A stretch of 64,000 bases of DNA. It comes from Octopus sinensis. Lineage: Eukaryota. Numbering within the stretch: position 1 is the first letter of the stretch; each line of letters opens with the position of its first letter. A model generated the notes under the pieces. It had not been told where the DNA came from. It was given only the letters and a program-made list of their open reading frames with translations, and ran no database searches. Where the stretch lies: NCBI RefSeq assembly GCF_006345805.1, contig NC_043008.1:32674001-32738000 (forward strand), in the 5' to 3' direction. The position numbers were made by a program, and so were the translations under genes. Below, one piece after another: positions 9,972 through 23,129 of this stretch.

Positions 9972-11586
9972 CAGTTGCAGCCAAAATGTTCAGAACGGCA
10001 TTGTTTTCGTCAGAAAAGTAAGTATAAGTTTTTATCAAAGTAGTTTTATATTCTATAATTTTCACGGACAATAAGTACAATATTAATTGTTATTGTCTCA
10101 GATTTTGGTGTAATTTGAGAGGATAATACAAAAGTTATGGATGATTTAGTGATTTACTACTACTGCAAAACCCATGGCGGCCAAAAGGATCAGAACGGTT
10201 GAAAAAATAGCAAAATAATCAAAAATGACGGAGAATACTGGAATTATTTAATATTTAGTGTGAAGCCCTTTAGCTTCAATCACACTCTGACATCTTCGAC
10301 TGCATGAGGAAATTAAATTTTAAATTTCTTGCTGGGTGATCTTATTCCATTCTTCCTGAAGGGCATTCCATAATTGCTCAGTTGTTTTAGGATTTCTGGC
10401 TTTCGAACGTTCTCCTAGAATATTCCATACAATTTCAATAGGATTGAGATCTGGGCTTTGAGCAGGCCAATCCATAATAATAACCTTTTCAGCTTAAGAA
10501 GTTCATGACCACCTTAGCCTTGTGACATGGGGCATTGTCCTGCCATGAATATGGGTGGTCGCTTAGTTGAATTTCTCAGCACAGGCAAGACATGATCTTT
10601 TACAAGTTTTTTATAAACTCCTGCATTTACCTTTCCATGTAATCGCACCAAAGGCCCACACTATCTCCAGATATCATCCCCCAAACCATGACACTTTCTC
10701 CACCGAATTTAACACTAATCTTAAGGCATTTAGGCGACAATTTTTCACCTACTTTTCTACGAACGTACCTTTTCCCATCTGATCCAAATAACATAAACTT
10801 AGATTCATCACTGAAATGCACCGTTTGCCATTTTTCTTGAGACCACAACACATGTTTGGTTGCAAAGGTAAGACGACACTTTTTATTCTTGGAGCTGATC
10901 AGTGGCTTCACTGCAGGTGCTCTTGCTTGTAGGTCATGTTCAACTAAACGACGAGACACAGTTTTTCGAGATAAAGTTTTCTTCAATACAATGCTCATTT
11001 TCCGAGAAACAACAGCCGCAGTTTTAAATCTGTCCATAGCACGATCTTCTCTCTTGGTCGTTTTTCTTAGCCCACCTGTAAACTTTCTTGCTTCACACGA
11101 ACCACAATCATCGTAGACCTTAAGAATACCGTGTACAACACTTTTTGACTTGTTAACAATCTTTGCAATAGATCCAATACTTAAATTATCCTTCCTTCGA
11201 AGCTTAATAATCTGCTGACGAATTGGTAACGGAGTAAGTGGCATTATATTAACAAAGTACACTGCAAATATTCTTACTAATGTTTAGTAAACGAACCGTC
11301 GCGTAAACAAATTCAAAACATTAGAGTTCGCCGGTTAAATATACTAAAACACGGAATAAAAGCAACCGTTCTGATCATTTTGGCCGCCATGGGTTTTGCA
11401 GTAAATCACTAAATCATCCATAACTTTTGTATTATCCTCTCAAATTACACCAAAATCTCAGGCAATAACAAATAATATCGTATTTATTGTCTGTGAAAAT
11501 TATAGAATATAAAACCACTTTGATAAAAAATTATATCTACTTTTCTGACGAATACAATGCCGTTCTGAACATTTTGGCCGCCACTG
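9972..11586 (-). mobile_element. Tc1-family IR/DR transposon (DD34E), full length, copy 1
   Basis: TA flanks; ~225-230 bp TIRs (9972-10201 and 11363-11586), each with outer and inner direct repeats gcggccaaaa(t/g)g(t/a)tcagaacgg; transposase motifs HFSDESKF and SPDLNPIE. Confidence 0.95.
10248..11244 (-). pseudogene. Tc1 transposase, frameshifted
   Basis: MPLTPLPIRQQIIKL...HFSDESKF...WPAQSPDLNPIE...GLHTKY*; frame breaks after DSVG and near QDN. Confidence 0.9.
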
Positions 11587-11643
<57 letters not shown>

Positions 11644-12288
11644 ATTACATATATAGATACATTATAGATACATATACACACACACACATACAAATGTGCA
11701 TGTACGTACATGCATAAACGCACTGGTGTGTAATGGAGAGAGGCAATCGAAAAAGACGAAACAATGTATAAAATGATTGCACTTGGCCGGCATAAACTCT
11801 GGCAGCCGAGGTTTAAAATTCTAATTTCTAAGGAAGATATACACGCACATACACACACGACGTGTGTGCGTGCGTGTGTGTGCGCCCGCGCGCGCGTGTG
11901 AGTGTGTAACAACGAGAACGAGTGAGAGGGGGAAACTAGAGACGAAAAAGGAAAATAGAGCGAGGAGGAAGAAAGAGCAGCACACACGACTCTGGTTAAG
12001 GCTTTCCAGAGCTAAGAGAAGAAACAATCAGGTTGATCTCTGGTTAAAAAGCTTCGCCCAAATGCTTCCAACAAAGTGGATTGCGCTTAATAAATAACGG
12101 TGTGAAACCAGGCAATCCCTTCCACCACCACCATCACCACCACCACCACCACCACCACCACCTGGAGCTTCTATATAATTTCAATTTTAGGAATTGGAAA
12201 ATTTAAAGCGTTAGAAGTCACTTTACTAAGAAGCCACGCAGCGGAGCGAAACTGAGACCACAAATCTGTAAAACGAAATTTATTAGCA

Positions 12289-12450
12289 GGCGTAGGAGTG
12301 GCTGTGTGGTAAGTAGCTTGCTTACGAACCACATGGTTCCGGGTTCAGTCCCTCTGCGTGGCACTTTGAGCAAGTGTCTTCTACTATAGCCTCGGGCCGA
12401 CCAAAGCTTTGTAGTGGATTTGGTAGATGGAAACTGAAAGAAGTCCGTCG

Positions 12451-12481
<31 letters not shown>

Positions 12482-12700
12482 GTATGCGTGTATATGTTTG
12501 TGTGTCTGTGTTTGTCCCCTGAAGATCGCTTGACAACCGATACTGGTGTGTTCACGTCCCCGTAACTTAGCGGTTCGGTAAAAAGACACCGATAGAATAA
12601 GTACTAGGCTTACAAAAAATAAGTCCTGGGGTCGATTTGCTCGACTAAAGACGATGTTCCAGCATGGCCATAGTCAAATAACAGAAACAAGTAAAAGAGA
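12289..12700 (+). mobile_element. Family-A SINE
   Basis: ggcgtaggagtggctgtgtggtaagtagc...ccagcatggccatagtcaaataacagaaacaagtaaaagag. Confidence 0.9.
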
Positions 12701-13114
12701 GTAATATGTACACACGCGCGCACACTCATATATAGATACATGCGCACATACACAGACACGCGCGCACATTCGTATCGTGCAAATATCTTGTGAACAAACA
12801 AATCAAAACATTAGTTATACTTATAAATAATCCACTATCCACCTGGTGGTGCATCAGTCTGCCCGTGATGAAATTAACGTGTACGTATGATAACAAAGCT
12901 CGTAGATTTCGACAAACGACTTTCCCTGGTGCAGATTAATGGAACGGCCTATTTCTCCTCGAATTTATAGTGTAACTGAACGAATGACTGTTTTCATAGA
13001 CGTGTAACATTCGCTTAATCTTTCAAGTATGCGGAGCATAGCGTTGTGTATGTGTAGGCTATATATGTATATATTGGAATGTGTGTATATTTATACACAC
13101 ACACTAATATATAT

Positions 13115-13450
13115 CTTATTTTTTATTTGCTCTTATCATTAGACTGCAGCCATGCTGGAGCACCGCCTTGAAACTCTTTTAGTCGAACAGATCGATCCAG
13201 TCGACCCCAGTACACTTATAAACCTGGTACTTATTCCTCGGGGACGTAAACACACCAAAACCAGTTGTGAAGCGCTGGAACTGAAACAAACACAGACAAA
13301 ATGACAGGTACACACACACACATATACGACGGGCTTCTTTCAGTTTCCGTCTTCCAAAAGCTTTAATAGAAGTCACTTGCCGAATGTGCCACGCAGTAGA
13401 ACTGAACCCTGACCATTTGTTTGGAAAGCAAGCTTCTTACCACACAGCTA
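13115..13450 (-). mobile_element. Family-A SINE, degenerate
   Basis: gactgcagccatgctggagcaccgcc...ggaaagcaagcttcttaccacacagc, with internal deletions. Confidence 0.8.
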
Positions 13451-14362
13451 CGCATGCATATATATGTATATATTAACGGTGGAAGTCGAAGTAGATGAAG
13501 CTATAAAAATAACGTAGAATATTGGGTTAAGGCACCCTTTGGCTGGCAAAAATTGAAGGTTGCCCGTTGAACGCGAACCTACATCTTTTGTGAACATGAC
13601 AGGCATTGTGCATGATGTAAACCACACACACACACAAACACACACTCACATACACATGTACTTTGGGAAGGTCACATGTATATATATATATATACATATA
13701 TCTTTATATACGTGTTGGTGAGTGTATTACAGTTGTATACTTTGAATATAGCATTATGAGACGGAGTTGTTAAAATTGTTTTGGAAAGCCATGCTGGAAA
13801 TAATCAAGTGAAAAACGAAGTAAGGAATACAGTTCACAGTTTACTGCATATTTCAATATTCAGGGGTTAGACAGAGACCGTTTATCAAGAAAGAAATGGA
13901 AGATGGTGAAAAGTTGATAGCTTTTGCAAACTGTTTTGTCTTTCATTTCGTGAATCAAGCGAAAAAAGAGCCTATGCATATTTTCCCTACTTGCATTGTA
14001 CTGACAGTTAAAAACAACTCTAACACAAACACAACCACATACACACATCCAATCTCGTGCACATTCTACATAATTTTCGCACTGTGAAAGATTACTTTAC
14101 AAGATTTTCGATAATTTTCTTCCTTATTGTCTCCTACATCATCACCTAGAAGTGCTCAACAGTGTAAATGCCGGCAGAGAAAGGAAAAATGTTCCAGTTC
14201 TCCCATCTCAGCATCAAAGTTTTTTTTCTCTGTGTCATTCATACTGCCATCTCAAAAAAATACGGTTTAACTACGCAGTGACTGCAGTATTTTTCTTTTA
14301 TAAGTTACATACGATTCGTCTTCGCCTTTCAGCTTTCACAAACATCTGCTTCCACCCGTATA

Positions 14363-14453
<91 letters not shown>

Positions 14454-14639
14454 TTGTTTCTCTGTTTGTCTGTTTGTCTGTCTGTCTGTCTGTCTCTACC
14501 TCTCTCTCTCTCTCCCTTTCTAAGTGTGTGTATGTGTATGCGTGGAGTCTGTATGCATGCATACCTACACACACGCACACAGACTCCATGCATCCCTCAT
14601 AGATACCATTATATATTTATGTATGTGTGTGTATATTTA

Positions 14640-14688
<49 letters not shown>

Positions 14689-14725
14689 CTGTCTGTCTGT
14701 ATGTGTGTGTGTGTGTGTGTGTGTA

Positions 14726-16064
14726 CTAGCAGAGATACCCAGCGTTGCCCGTGTTACATGCAATTGAAGAATTTGAATTTTCTGTTATATTTTCTCTAAT
14801 GAACTGGAATACCTATGATTCGAATTTCATCAAAATTGCAGATGAGGGTTCTGTCCCTCTTTACACATACTAAAAACATTCTAATCATGATACATGTATC
14901 CCATACTACTGACCTTTATGTGCAGATTCCAAAATTCCAGTCTTACGGAACCTGTTAAAAGGATTTTGCTCCTGAAAAATGGAGGTCATGGAGCTCTAAA
15001 ATGTGGGAGTAGGTGTCTTAATGTCAACCAAAGAAGTTGAATTGTTGAGAATCTTTTTAACTTGCGTATTATATGTATTGATCGAATATCTTTGAAATAG
15101 GAAATATAGGTATGGTCACTGGATTTGTAAAAGAGAGCAAAGCTACAGGAAACCAAAAGACGAATAATCACAATAAGCAGTCAGTTACCCTACCCTAGTC
15201 GTTACAACTCTCCAATGTAGGATTCCTAACCATACAGGTGACGGAGAATTCGTTCGAAGAAATTGCCGGCATATTTTGCTGCCGACAAAAAAACTGCGCT
15301 TGCGCGGTGGACTTGAAAAGAATGAAAATGTATAAGCAAGAGGCACATGCTGGGTTGGCTTCGTGCTTATATATTTAATCTTGGCGTACCTGTTGACGAA
15401 GACTTCACCAGGCAAATTATTTTATTTGCTAAAAAAAGTGAGAAACCGGTCCAGAAAATAGATGGTAAATGTTTTTATTTTTCTTCCTCTTCGAGAATTT
15501 ATCCCTAATTAGTGGTTTGGACTTTAGCTGTCTCTTCTAGCGTAAGGTAGTCCTATGATGGACAGCTCTTAATGTGTTTAAATGTACACTGTATTTTATA
15601 TGAATAATATATAGTCTATTTACTAATTTTTCTATACGCTAGGGCCACTGGTAGTAAAAATTTCTAAAATTACCCTGATATTATTAATTATATACATAAG
15701 ATATATATATATTATATGTATGGATGTATATATGTGTGTATGCCTGCATATATATGAGATAATGGTTTCACTTTAATAGTTTCAGTATAAAAGTGAAACT
15801 ATTAAAGTGAAAATATCTGACATTACAATAGAGAGATGTTATTGTTTCACTTTTGACACGTAATAATGAAATAGTGGAGGAGATATGATATTGCTCTGGA
15901 CTCGCACTAGGCAAGAAGTTAAAAATTTTGATGGCCTATGACACTACATGGACCCTAAGTAAAGCATGCGTAAAATTTGAATGAAATTGGTTGCGTAGTG
16001 CTCATTTTTTAGGGATTCACACAGACAGACACACACACACATCCTCATTGTATATATGTATAGA
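14726..16064 (-). mobile_element. Non-autonomous Helitron (~1.34 kb)
   Basis: The minus strand begins TC (16064-16063) and ends CTAG (14729-14726), inserted between A and T with no TSD. Subterminal GC-rich hairpin-like cccagcgttgcccgtg lies ~10 nt from the 3' end; (GACA)/(CA) microsatellite near the 5' end. Confidence 0.75.
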
Positions 16065-16297
16065 TAACTATGCATATATCAACACACACACATGTATAAT
16101 GCTCGAAATGCGGATTAGATAAACTGCCGACAACTGATGAAGGGTCGTTCTTTGTGTTGTTTGTCTTGTTTTCCATTTGTTTATTTTGTTGCTTGCAAAA
16201 AAGTTCATATTCCATCATGTCCTCGTACTTTGTATTTTTTGTTGTTTACGTTTTGTGACGTCCTGTGCCTACATATGCACACACCCACACACCCACC

Positions 16298-16339
<42 letters not shown>

Positions 16340-16340
<1 letters not shown>

Positions 16341-17616
16341 CAGGTCATCCCATAAGTTCTGTCTGATTTTATCTGTTTGAAAATTGAATGAAATTTAAAA
16401 GTATTATAGAATGTCTAATGGAATTAAAAATTATTTTTATGCATTTGTGTACATTTAAACTAATTAAATATTAGTTTACAGAATAATAGAATTGAAATTT
16501 CGTTGATTAAAAACCCTTTCTAACATGGAAGTATCCAAAGAGCATTTGAAGTACATAACGCTTTATGAGTACAAAAAAGGAAACTCTGCAGCCGAAGCGA
16601 CTTGAAACATGGTCTCAGTTTATGGGAAAGAATGCTTGAATAAAAGAACTTGCAGAAGATAGTTTGCAAAATTCAGAAGTGGAGATTTCAGCCTTGAAGA
16701 TGAAGATCGAACAGGTTGTCCAGCTGAGTTTGATGATAAGCTTCTTGAGGCATTACTTGAAGAAAATCCTGCATTATCAGTTGAAGAATTGGTAGTAAAG
16801 CTTAGTTCAAACCATACAACTGTTTATCGTCATCTTCAACAATTTGGAAAGGTTCCTAAACATGGAAAATGGTTGCTTCATGAATTGTCCAAAAGCAACC
16901 ACAAATCCCGAGTTGACATCTGCTCTTCTCTCCATTCTCGCGTACTCATTTCATCCTTTTTGGATAGACTTGTGACTGGTGACGAAAAATGGATCTTCTA
17001 TCGAAGTGTTAAACGTTGTAAACAGTGGCCTGATAAAAGGGAATAGGCTCAACCCCAACCGAGAAGGGTACCTCATGGGAAAAAGGGTCTTCTCGCGATC
17101 TGGTGGGATTGCAAAGGAGTAATTCACTTTGAATTGTTATCATCTAATGCAACAATCAATGCTCAAGCAATTACAGCGTTTGAACCAAGCTTTGAAGAAA
17201 AAAAGACCCACTTTAGTGAATCGAAAAGAAGTGATGTTTCGTCACGATAATGCGTGACCCCACACTGCAAAGATCACTCACAGAAGATCGAAGAGCTTGG
17301 TTGGGGAAAAATTCCTTATCCACCTTATTCTCCCGACCTTGCTCCTTCAGTCTACCATTTGTTTCGTAGTTTACAGAATCATTTGAGGGACATAAATTTC
17401 GTAAGTCAGGATGAGGTCGAAACTGACATTTCAGAGTTCTTCGCTTTGAAACCAAAAGAGTTTAACATTGATGGGATTAAAACGCTTGTAAACATATGGC
17501 AGGAAGTCATAGATAATCAGGGAAAGTACATTGATGATTAAATTCCAATTAAATATAACATTTGATCACTTGTTTTCATTATTTAAAATTCGGACAAAAC
17601 TTATGGGATGACCTAA
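16340..17616 (+). mobile_element. Full-length mariner (DD34D family, cecropia/Hsmar1-like), decayed
   Basis: 1277 bp, TA flanks, TIRs tcaggtcatcccataagtt / aacttatgggatgacctaa. Subfamily assignment is inferred from motif recall. Confidence 0.92.
16525..17541 (+). pseudogene. Mariner transposase with stops and frameshifts
   Basis: MEVSKEHL...LVTGDEKWIFY...HDNA*PH...YSPDLAPS(V)YHLFRSLQ...GKYIDD*; the third catalytic D is replaced by V. Confidence 0.9.
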
Positions 17617-17630
17617 TATATATATAGAAA

Positions 17631-17805
17631 GTACATGTAAGGGACAAACATCAGAATCCTAATACTTCATCAGTTATCGATCGAAAAGTTTTCATGCTTT
17701 ATACTTAGTTTCATGCCTTATCGCTAAAGGCAAGAAACTAGGTACTAGTGTTTTTTGGTCGATAATTGATGAAGTAGGGTTCTGGTGTCTGCCCCCTACG
17801 TGTAC
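17631..17805. repeat. Degenerate ~175-bp foldback (hairpin) element
   Basis: gtacatgtaagggacaaacatcagaatcc..cttcatcagttatcgatcgaaaa pairs with ttttggtcgataattgatgaagtagggttctggtgtctgccccctacgtgtac; inner tagtttcatgcctt pairs with aaggcaagaaacta. Confidence 0.75.
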
Positions 17806-17882
17806 GTTTTGTATTTAATGCATTTTTCATTTATACAATAACTGAACGCCAAGCAACCCGACTTTTGTTAACAATATGTATG

Positions 17883-17941
<59 letters not shown>

Positions 17942-18074
17942 CATACATATATATATATATGTATGTATGTAGCTATGTATGTATGTAGTATGTATGTATG
18001 TATGCATGTATGTATGTATGTATGTATGTATGTATGTATGCATGTATGTATGTATGTATGTATGCATGTATGTA

Positions 18075-18105
<31 letters not shown>

Positions 18106-18702
18106 CCTTCTATTTTCAGTCAATTCAGAAATGCAACCGCAAGTGGCTGTTGGCGATTATTCCTAATTTTTCCGTTTTTCTCTTTGGACTTACCGGTTTC
18201 CGACGAAGAGCTATGCTCGAAACGTTAACAACAGCTCTTTCCTTTCATCGAGCGTCTAATTAATACATTTCTTGTGTACGTCCCCGCGTTGGTTATTTTC
18301 TTTCTTTTTTTTCCTGTTCTTTTTTATTGTTTGTTTATTTGAATTAACTATATATTTATTTACCAGAAAGTAAATCAACCTTCAGTTTTAGTTATTCATT
18401 TGGGAAAATGGTGAAACTTAAGAAGGATTTCAGTTTCAACAATTTTCTTGATGTTTCATATCTAGATGCTTTTATTAAATTCATTCGGTTGTTAAACATA
18501 AATAAATATTGGAATTAAATGGTTTTAATTTACTGTCATGTGACTTTTGATCAATACTGTATATATATATATATATATATACACATATATATGTATGTAT
18601 GTATATTATATATATATATTATATATGTAGGTATATAATATATAATGTATATATATAATATATATATATAATATATACACATATATATGTATGTATGTAT
18701 AT

Positions 18703-18735
<33 letters not shown>

Positions 18736-18760
18736 GTATGTATGTATATTATATATATAT

Positions 18761-18810
<50 letters not shown>

Positions 18811-18889
18811 ATATATATATATATACACTTTTACTCTTTTACTCGTTTCAGCCATGGGGCTGTGGTCATGCTGGAGCACAACCATGGTC

Positions 18890-19270
18890 TTACTGACTTC
18901 CTCAGTCTGGGTGTTTCACATCACCACCCCTGTATGTGCCTTTCCCAGCTGTTGGTATATTTGATGTATAATTGAGGTTGATTCCTCAGCCCTCGTCTGT
19001 ACCTCATGTTAGGCTGTTGGTTCATCCGGCATTGTGGAGAGAAGGATGTCTAATTCCTTTTTGAGGAGATAAAAACCAACATGTAGCAAGTAATATGGAT
19101 TTACAATCTTAAAAAGTGTTTCATGATTCTGATAAGCACTTCTAATGGATTGGGAGGCAATTTTTAATGTTTGTTTCATATTTGAACTACAGTAAAAATC
19201 TGGGATTTCAATATATGGTGGTTCATAATGGATCTTCCACAAATGGAGCGAAACACAGAGCAGTATTTGG
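18890..19270 (-). mobile_element. CR1/L2-group LINE 3' fragment
   Basis: Minus strand ...FYLLKKELDILLSTMPDEPTA*HEVQTRAEESTSIIHQ resembles the FKxxLDxFLxxVPDEP...SNSLxDQ C-terminus of invertebrate CR1-group ORF2 (recalled motif). Confidence 0.6.
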
Positions 19271-19582
19271 ATTAAAATATGACAAATTAAAGTGTTTAAT
19301 TCCCGTAACCTAGCGGTTCGATTAAAGATGCCGATAAAGACGAAAAAAATGGTTTTAAAACAATTAAAGAAGTACAGGATTCGATTCGTTCTATTAAAGT
19401 TCATCATTGTGATGCCCCAGCATGGCCGCAGTCTTATGACTGAAACAAGTAAAAGAAAAAAGATGGAAGATATCAGAGAGTAACAATATGAGATGGTAAA
19501 GAAAGGAACCATACGAGAAATTAACCATTTAGAACATTAACTATTTATGACTACTTAAGCACTATACAATAAAGTTGCTATA

Positions 19583-19960
19583 TATAAAAGCAAAGTATGG
19601 CTGTGTGGTTAAAGCTCTCGCTTTGCAAGCACGTTGCTTCGAGTTCAGTGCATGTGTTTTCTACTATAATCCTTGGTGACAACAACACCTTTTGATTGAA
19701 TTTGGTACTCGCAAACTGTGTGGAATCCTGTCATATATGTGTGTATCTGTCTGTGGCTGTCTGTCCCCTATCTCCGCTTGACAACCGTAGTTGGTTTGTT
19801 TACGTCTCCGTAGCTAACGGTCCGGCAAAGGAAAGCAACAGAATATGTACCAGGTTTAAAAATACGTATCGGGGTCGATTTGTTCGACTAAAACCGTCAA
19901 GGCGGTATCCCAGCTTGGCCGCAGTCCAATGACAAAAAAACCCATTAAGAGAATAAAAGA
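19583..19960 (+). mobile_element. Family-A SINE, degenerate (a further 3' half at 19300-19460)
   Basis: tatggctgtgtggttaaagc head and cccagcttggccgcagtccaatgac tail. Confidence 0.7.
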
Positions 19961-20214
19961 TGATACTAACATTAGCTATACAAGGCAGTAAATAAGAATG
20001 TAACTCTATATAATAGTCGTTTAAGATTGAGACAATATGAGGCATTATTTATAGAACAATGTAATTAAATATGAAAGTAATTCTAAAGTGCTGTAATTAT
20101 CTAATAACGTAAAACTATACGTGAAAGGAAATATATAACGAATGAATTATATCAGAAAGTAATTACATTATAAGAAAGTAACGAGTTAAAATAGTAATTA
20201 TAATAGTCCTATTT

Positions 20215-20735
20215 GGTATGCGTACAAGGCTTGAAATTTTGTGGGGAGGGAGTTAGCCAATTATATTGACTCAGTGCTTGACTGGTACTTATTTTATCGA
20301 CCCGAATGGAAATAAGGCAAAGTCGACCTCGGCAGAATTTGAACTTAAAAAATAAAGAAATACTGCTAAGCATTTTGTCCGGCGATGTAACGATTTTGCG
20401 ATCTCGCTGCCTTTTTAAAGATGCTCACCCACGATACCAATCACTGAAATCGAAACCGAAGCTTCTTATTACTAAGTGAACATCTTAACCATTCGGCCGT
20501 ATCTGGGATGCTATAATATTCCTTTCTACAATAGGCTTAAGGCCAGAAGTTTTGTAGAGAGGGGACTAATCGTTTACATCGACCACAGTGCCCAACTGGT
20601 ACTTATTTCATCGACCCCAAAAGGATGAAAGAGAAAGTAGACTCAATAGAATCTAATCTCAGAAAGTAAAAATGGTTGAAATGGCGCTAAGCATTGTATC
20701 TGGCGTGCTAACGATTCTGCCAGCTCGCCGCCCTC
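20215..20735 (-). mobile_element. Two family-B SINEs (20215-20412, 20522-20735) separated by a tRNA-like head fragment
   Basis: Reverse-complement motifs actggtacttattttatcgaccc...aaagtcgacctcggc and acgattctgccagctcgccgcc. Confidence 0.75.
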
Positions 20736-20921
20736 TGACATGTCAGGATAAATGTTTCAAACTTTGGCACAAGCCCAGAAATTTTGTGGTAGGGGTTAGG
20801 TTGATTCATCAACGAGTTTGCAAGCTCGTCATCTTATAAGGAGATATAATAATAAAATACAGATATAAGTTGACGTATATAAGTAACTATATATAAAAGC
20901 AATCCTATCAGAAAGAAACTA

Positions 20922-22524
20922 CAATTGCAGCCAAAATGTTCAGAACGGCATTGTTTTCGTCAGAAAAGTAAGTATAAGTTTTTATCAAAGTAGTTTTATA
21001 TTTTATAATTTTCACAGACAATAAATACAATATTAATTGTTATTGTCTCAGATTTTGGTATAATTTGAGAGGATAATACAAAAGTTATGGATGATTTAGT
21101 GATTTACTGCAAAACCCATGGCGGCCAAAAGGATCAGAATGGTTGAAAAAATAACAAAATAATCAAAAATGACAGAATACTGGAATTATTTAATATTTAG
21201 TGTGAAGCCCTTTAGCTTCAATCACACTCTGACATCTTCGACTGCATGAGGAAATTAAATTTTAAATTTCTTGCTGGGTGATCTTATTCCATTCTTCCTG
21301 AAGGGCATTCCATAATTGCTCAGTTGTTTTAGGATTTCTGGCTTTCGAACGTTCTCCTAGAATATTCCATACAATTTCAATAGGATTGAGATATGGGCTT
21401 TGAGCAGGCCAATCCATAATAATACCTTTTCAGCCTTAAGGAAGTTCATGACCACCTTAGCCTTGTGACATGTGGCATTGTCCTGCATGAATATGTATGG
21501 TCGCTTAGTTGAATTTCTCAGCACAGGCAAGACATGATCTTTTACAAGTTGTTTATAAACTCCTGCATTTACCTTTCCATGTAATCGCACCAAAGGGCCC
21601 ACACTATCTCCAGATATCATCCCCCAAACCATGACACTTCCTCCATCGAATTTAACACTAGTCTTAAGGCATTTAGGCGACAATTTTTCACCTACTTTTC
21701 TACGAACGTACCTTTTCCCATCTGATCCAAATAACATAAACTTAGATTCATCACTGAAATGAACCGTTTGGCATTTTTCTTGAGACCACAACACATGTTT
21801 GGTTGCAAAGGTAAGACGACACTTTTTATTCTTGGAGCTGATCAGTGGCTTCACTGCAGGTGCTCTTGCTTGTAGGTCATGTAAACGACGAGTAGACAGT
21901 TTTTCGAGATAAAGTTTTCTTCAATACAATGCTCATTTTCCGAGAAACAGCAGCAGCAGTTTTAAATCTGTCCATAGCACGATCTTCTCTCTTGGTCGTT
22001 TTTCTTGGCCTACCTGTAAACTTTCTTGCTTCACACGAACTACAATCATCGTAGACCTTAAGAATACCGTGAACAACACTTTTTGACTTGTTAACAATCT
22101 TTGCTATAGACATAATACTTAAATTATCCTTCTTTCGAAGCTTAATAATCCGATGACGAATTGGTTACGGAGTAAGTGGCATTATATCAACAAAGTACAC
22201 TGCAAATATTCTTACTAATGTTTAGTAAACTAACCGTCACGTAAACGAATTCAAAACATTAGAGTTCGCCGGTTAAATATACTAAAACACGGAGTAAAAG
22301 CAACCGTTCTGATCATTTTGGCCGCCATGGGTTTTGCAGTAAATCACTAAATCATCCATAACTTTTGTATTATCCTCTCAAATTACACCAAAATCTCAGG
22401 CAATAACAAATAATATCGTATTTATTGTCTGTGAAAATTATAGAATATAAAACCACTTTGATGAAAAGTTGTATCGACTTTTCTGACGAAAACAATGCCG
22501 TTCTGAACATTTTGGCCGCCACTG
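20922..22524 (-). mobile_element. Tc1-family IR/DR transposon (DD34E), full length, copy 2
   Basis: Same TIR/DR structure and orientation as 9972-11586, TA flanks, sequence closely similar by eye throughout. Confidence 0.95.
21190..22182 (-). pseudogene. Tc1 transposase, frameshifted
   Basis: ORFs 21877-22113 and 21357-21854 are successive pieces; HFSDESKF, FMQDNATCH, then a frameshift before (S)PxLNPIE. D-to-E spacing is 34 when the two copies are combined. Confidence 0.9.
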
Positions 22525-22859
22525 TATGTAAGAAAGAAGATAATTTACACAAAATATTTATAAGACAGGCACTCTGTAAGAGTTATGTGTAAAAATATAT
22601 AGATACTAAACGAGACAGTAAAGTGTATATGTGTAAAAGTAATTGTATGGCGTTGTAAAGATATAAAACTGTCTCTATATAATGAAGTAACACTATAAGA
22701 ACGTAATAGTATAAATTACATATGAAAGTATAAATAAATTAATTCAAATTACATATGAAAGCCTGTACGTATATCACAGTAACCACATTAGAATATAGCT
22801 ATTTAAGTCAGCAACTGTATCAGAAAGAAATCACATAAGAAAGTTTATATACTAAACAA

Positions 22860-23075
22860 AGACACTGTAGAAATGAGTTGCGACGTCACTGGCGCCAAGC
22901 TGTATCAACCATTGCCTTTCTCTTGGATAACATTGGTAGCGTGGAGAGGTGAGGCTGGTAAGCATGCGTGACTGCTGGTCTTCCATAAACAACCTTGCCC
23001 AGTCTTTTACCTCAGAGGGGAACTTTCTGGGTGCAAGTCGATGGTCATTCACGGCTGAAGTGGGTCTTCACCCTT
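22860..23075 (+). mobile_element. Body and tail of a family-C SINE (headless)
   Basis: gtagaaatgagttgcgacgtcactgg...ggtcttccataaacaaccttgccc...gggtcttcacccttt matches the 3' body I recall for this family; recall-based. Confidence 0.55.
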
Positions 23076-23129
23076 ATTAGCTATACGTGAAAGTAAATAT
23101 GAGACTGCATTGGAAAGCAAACACCATAG

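Noticed and set aside
13448-14087. Complex-looking short ORFs on both strands (13448-13645, 13860-14048, 13896-14087)
   Set aside because: No recognisable homology, strand cannot be decided, and splice signals are weak or inconsistent.
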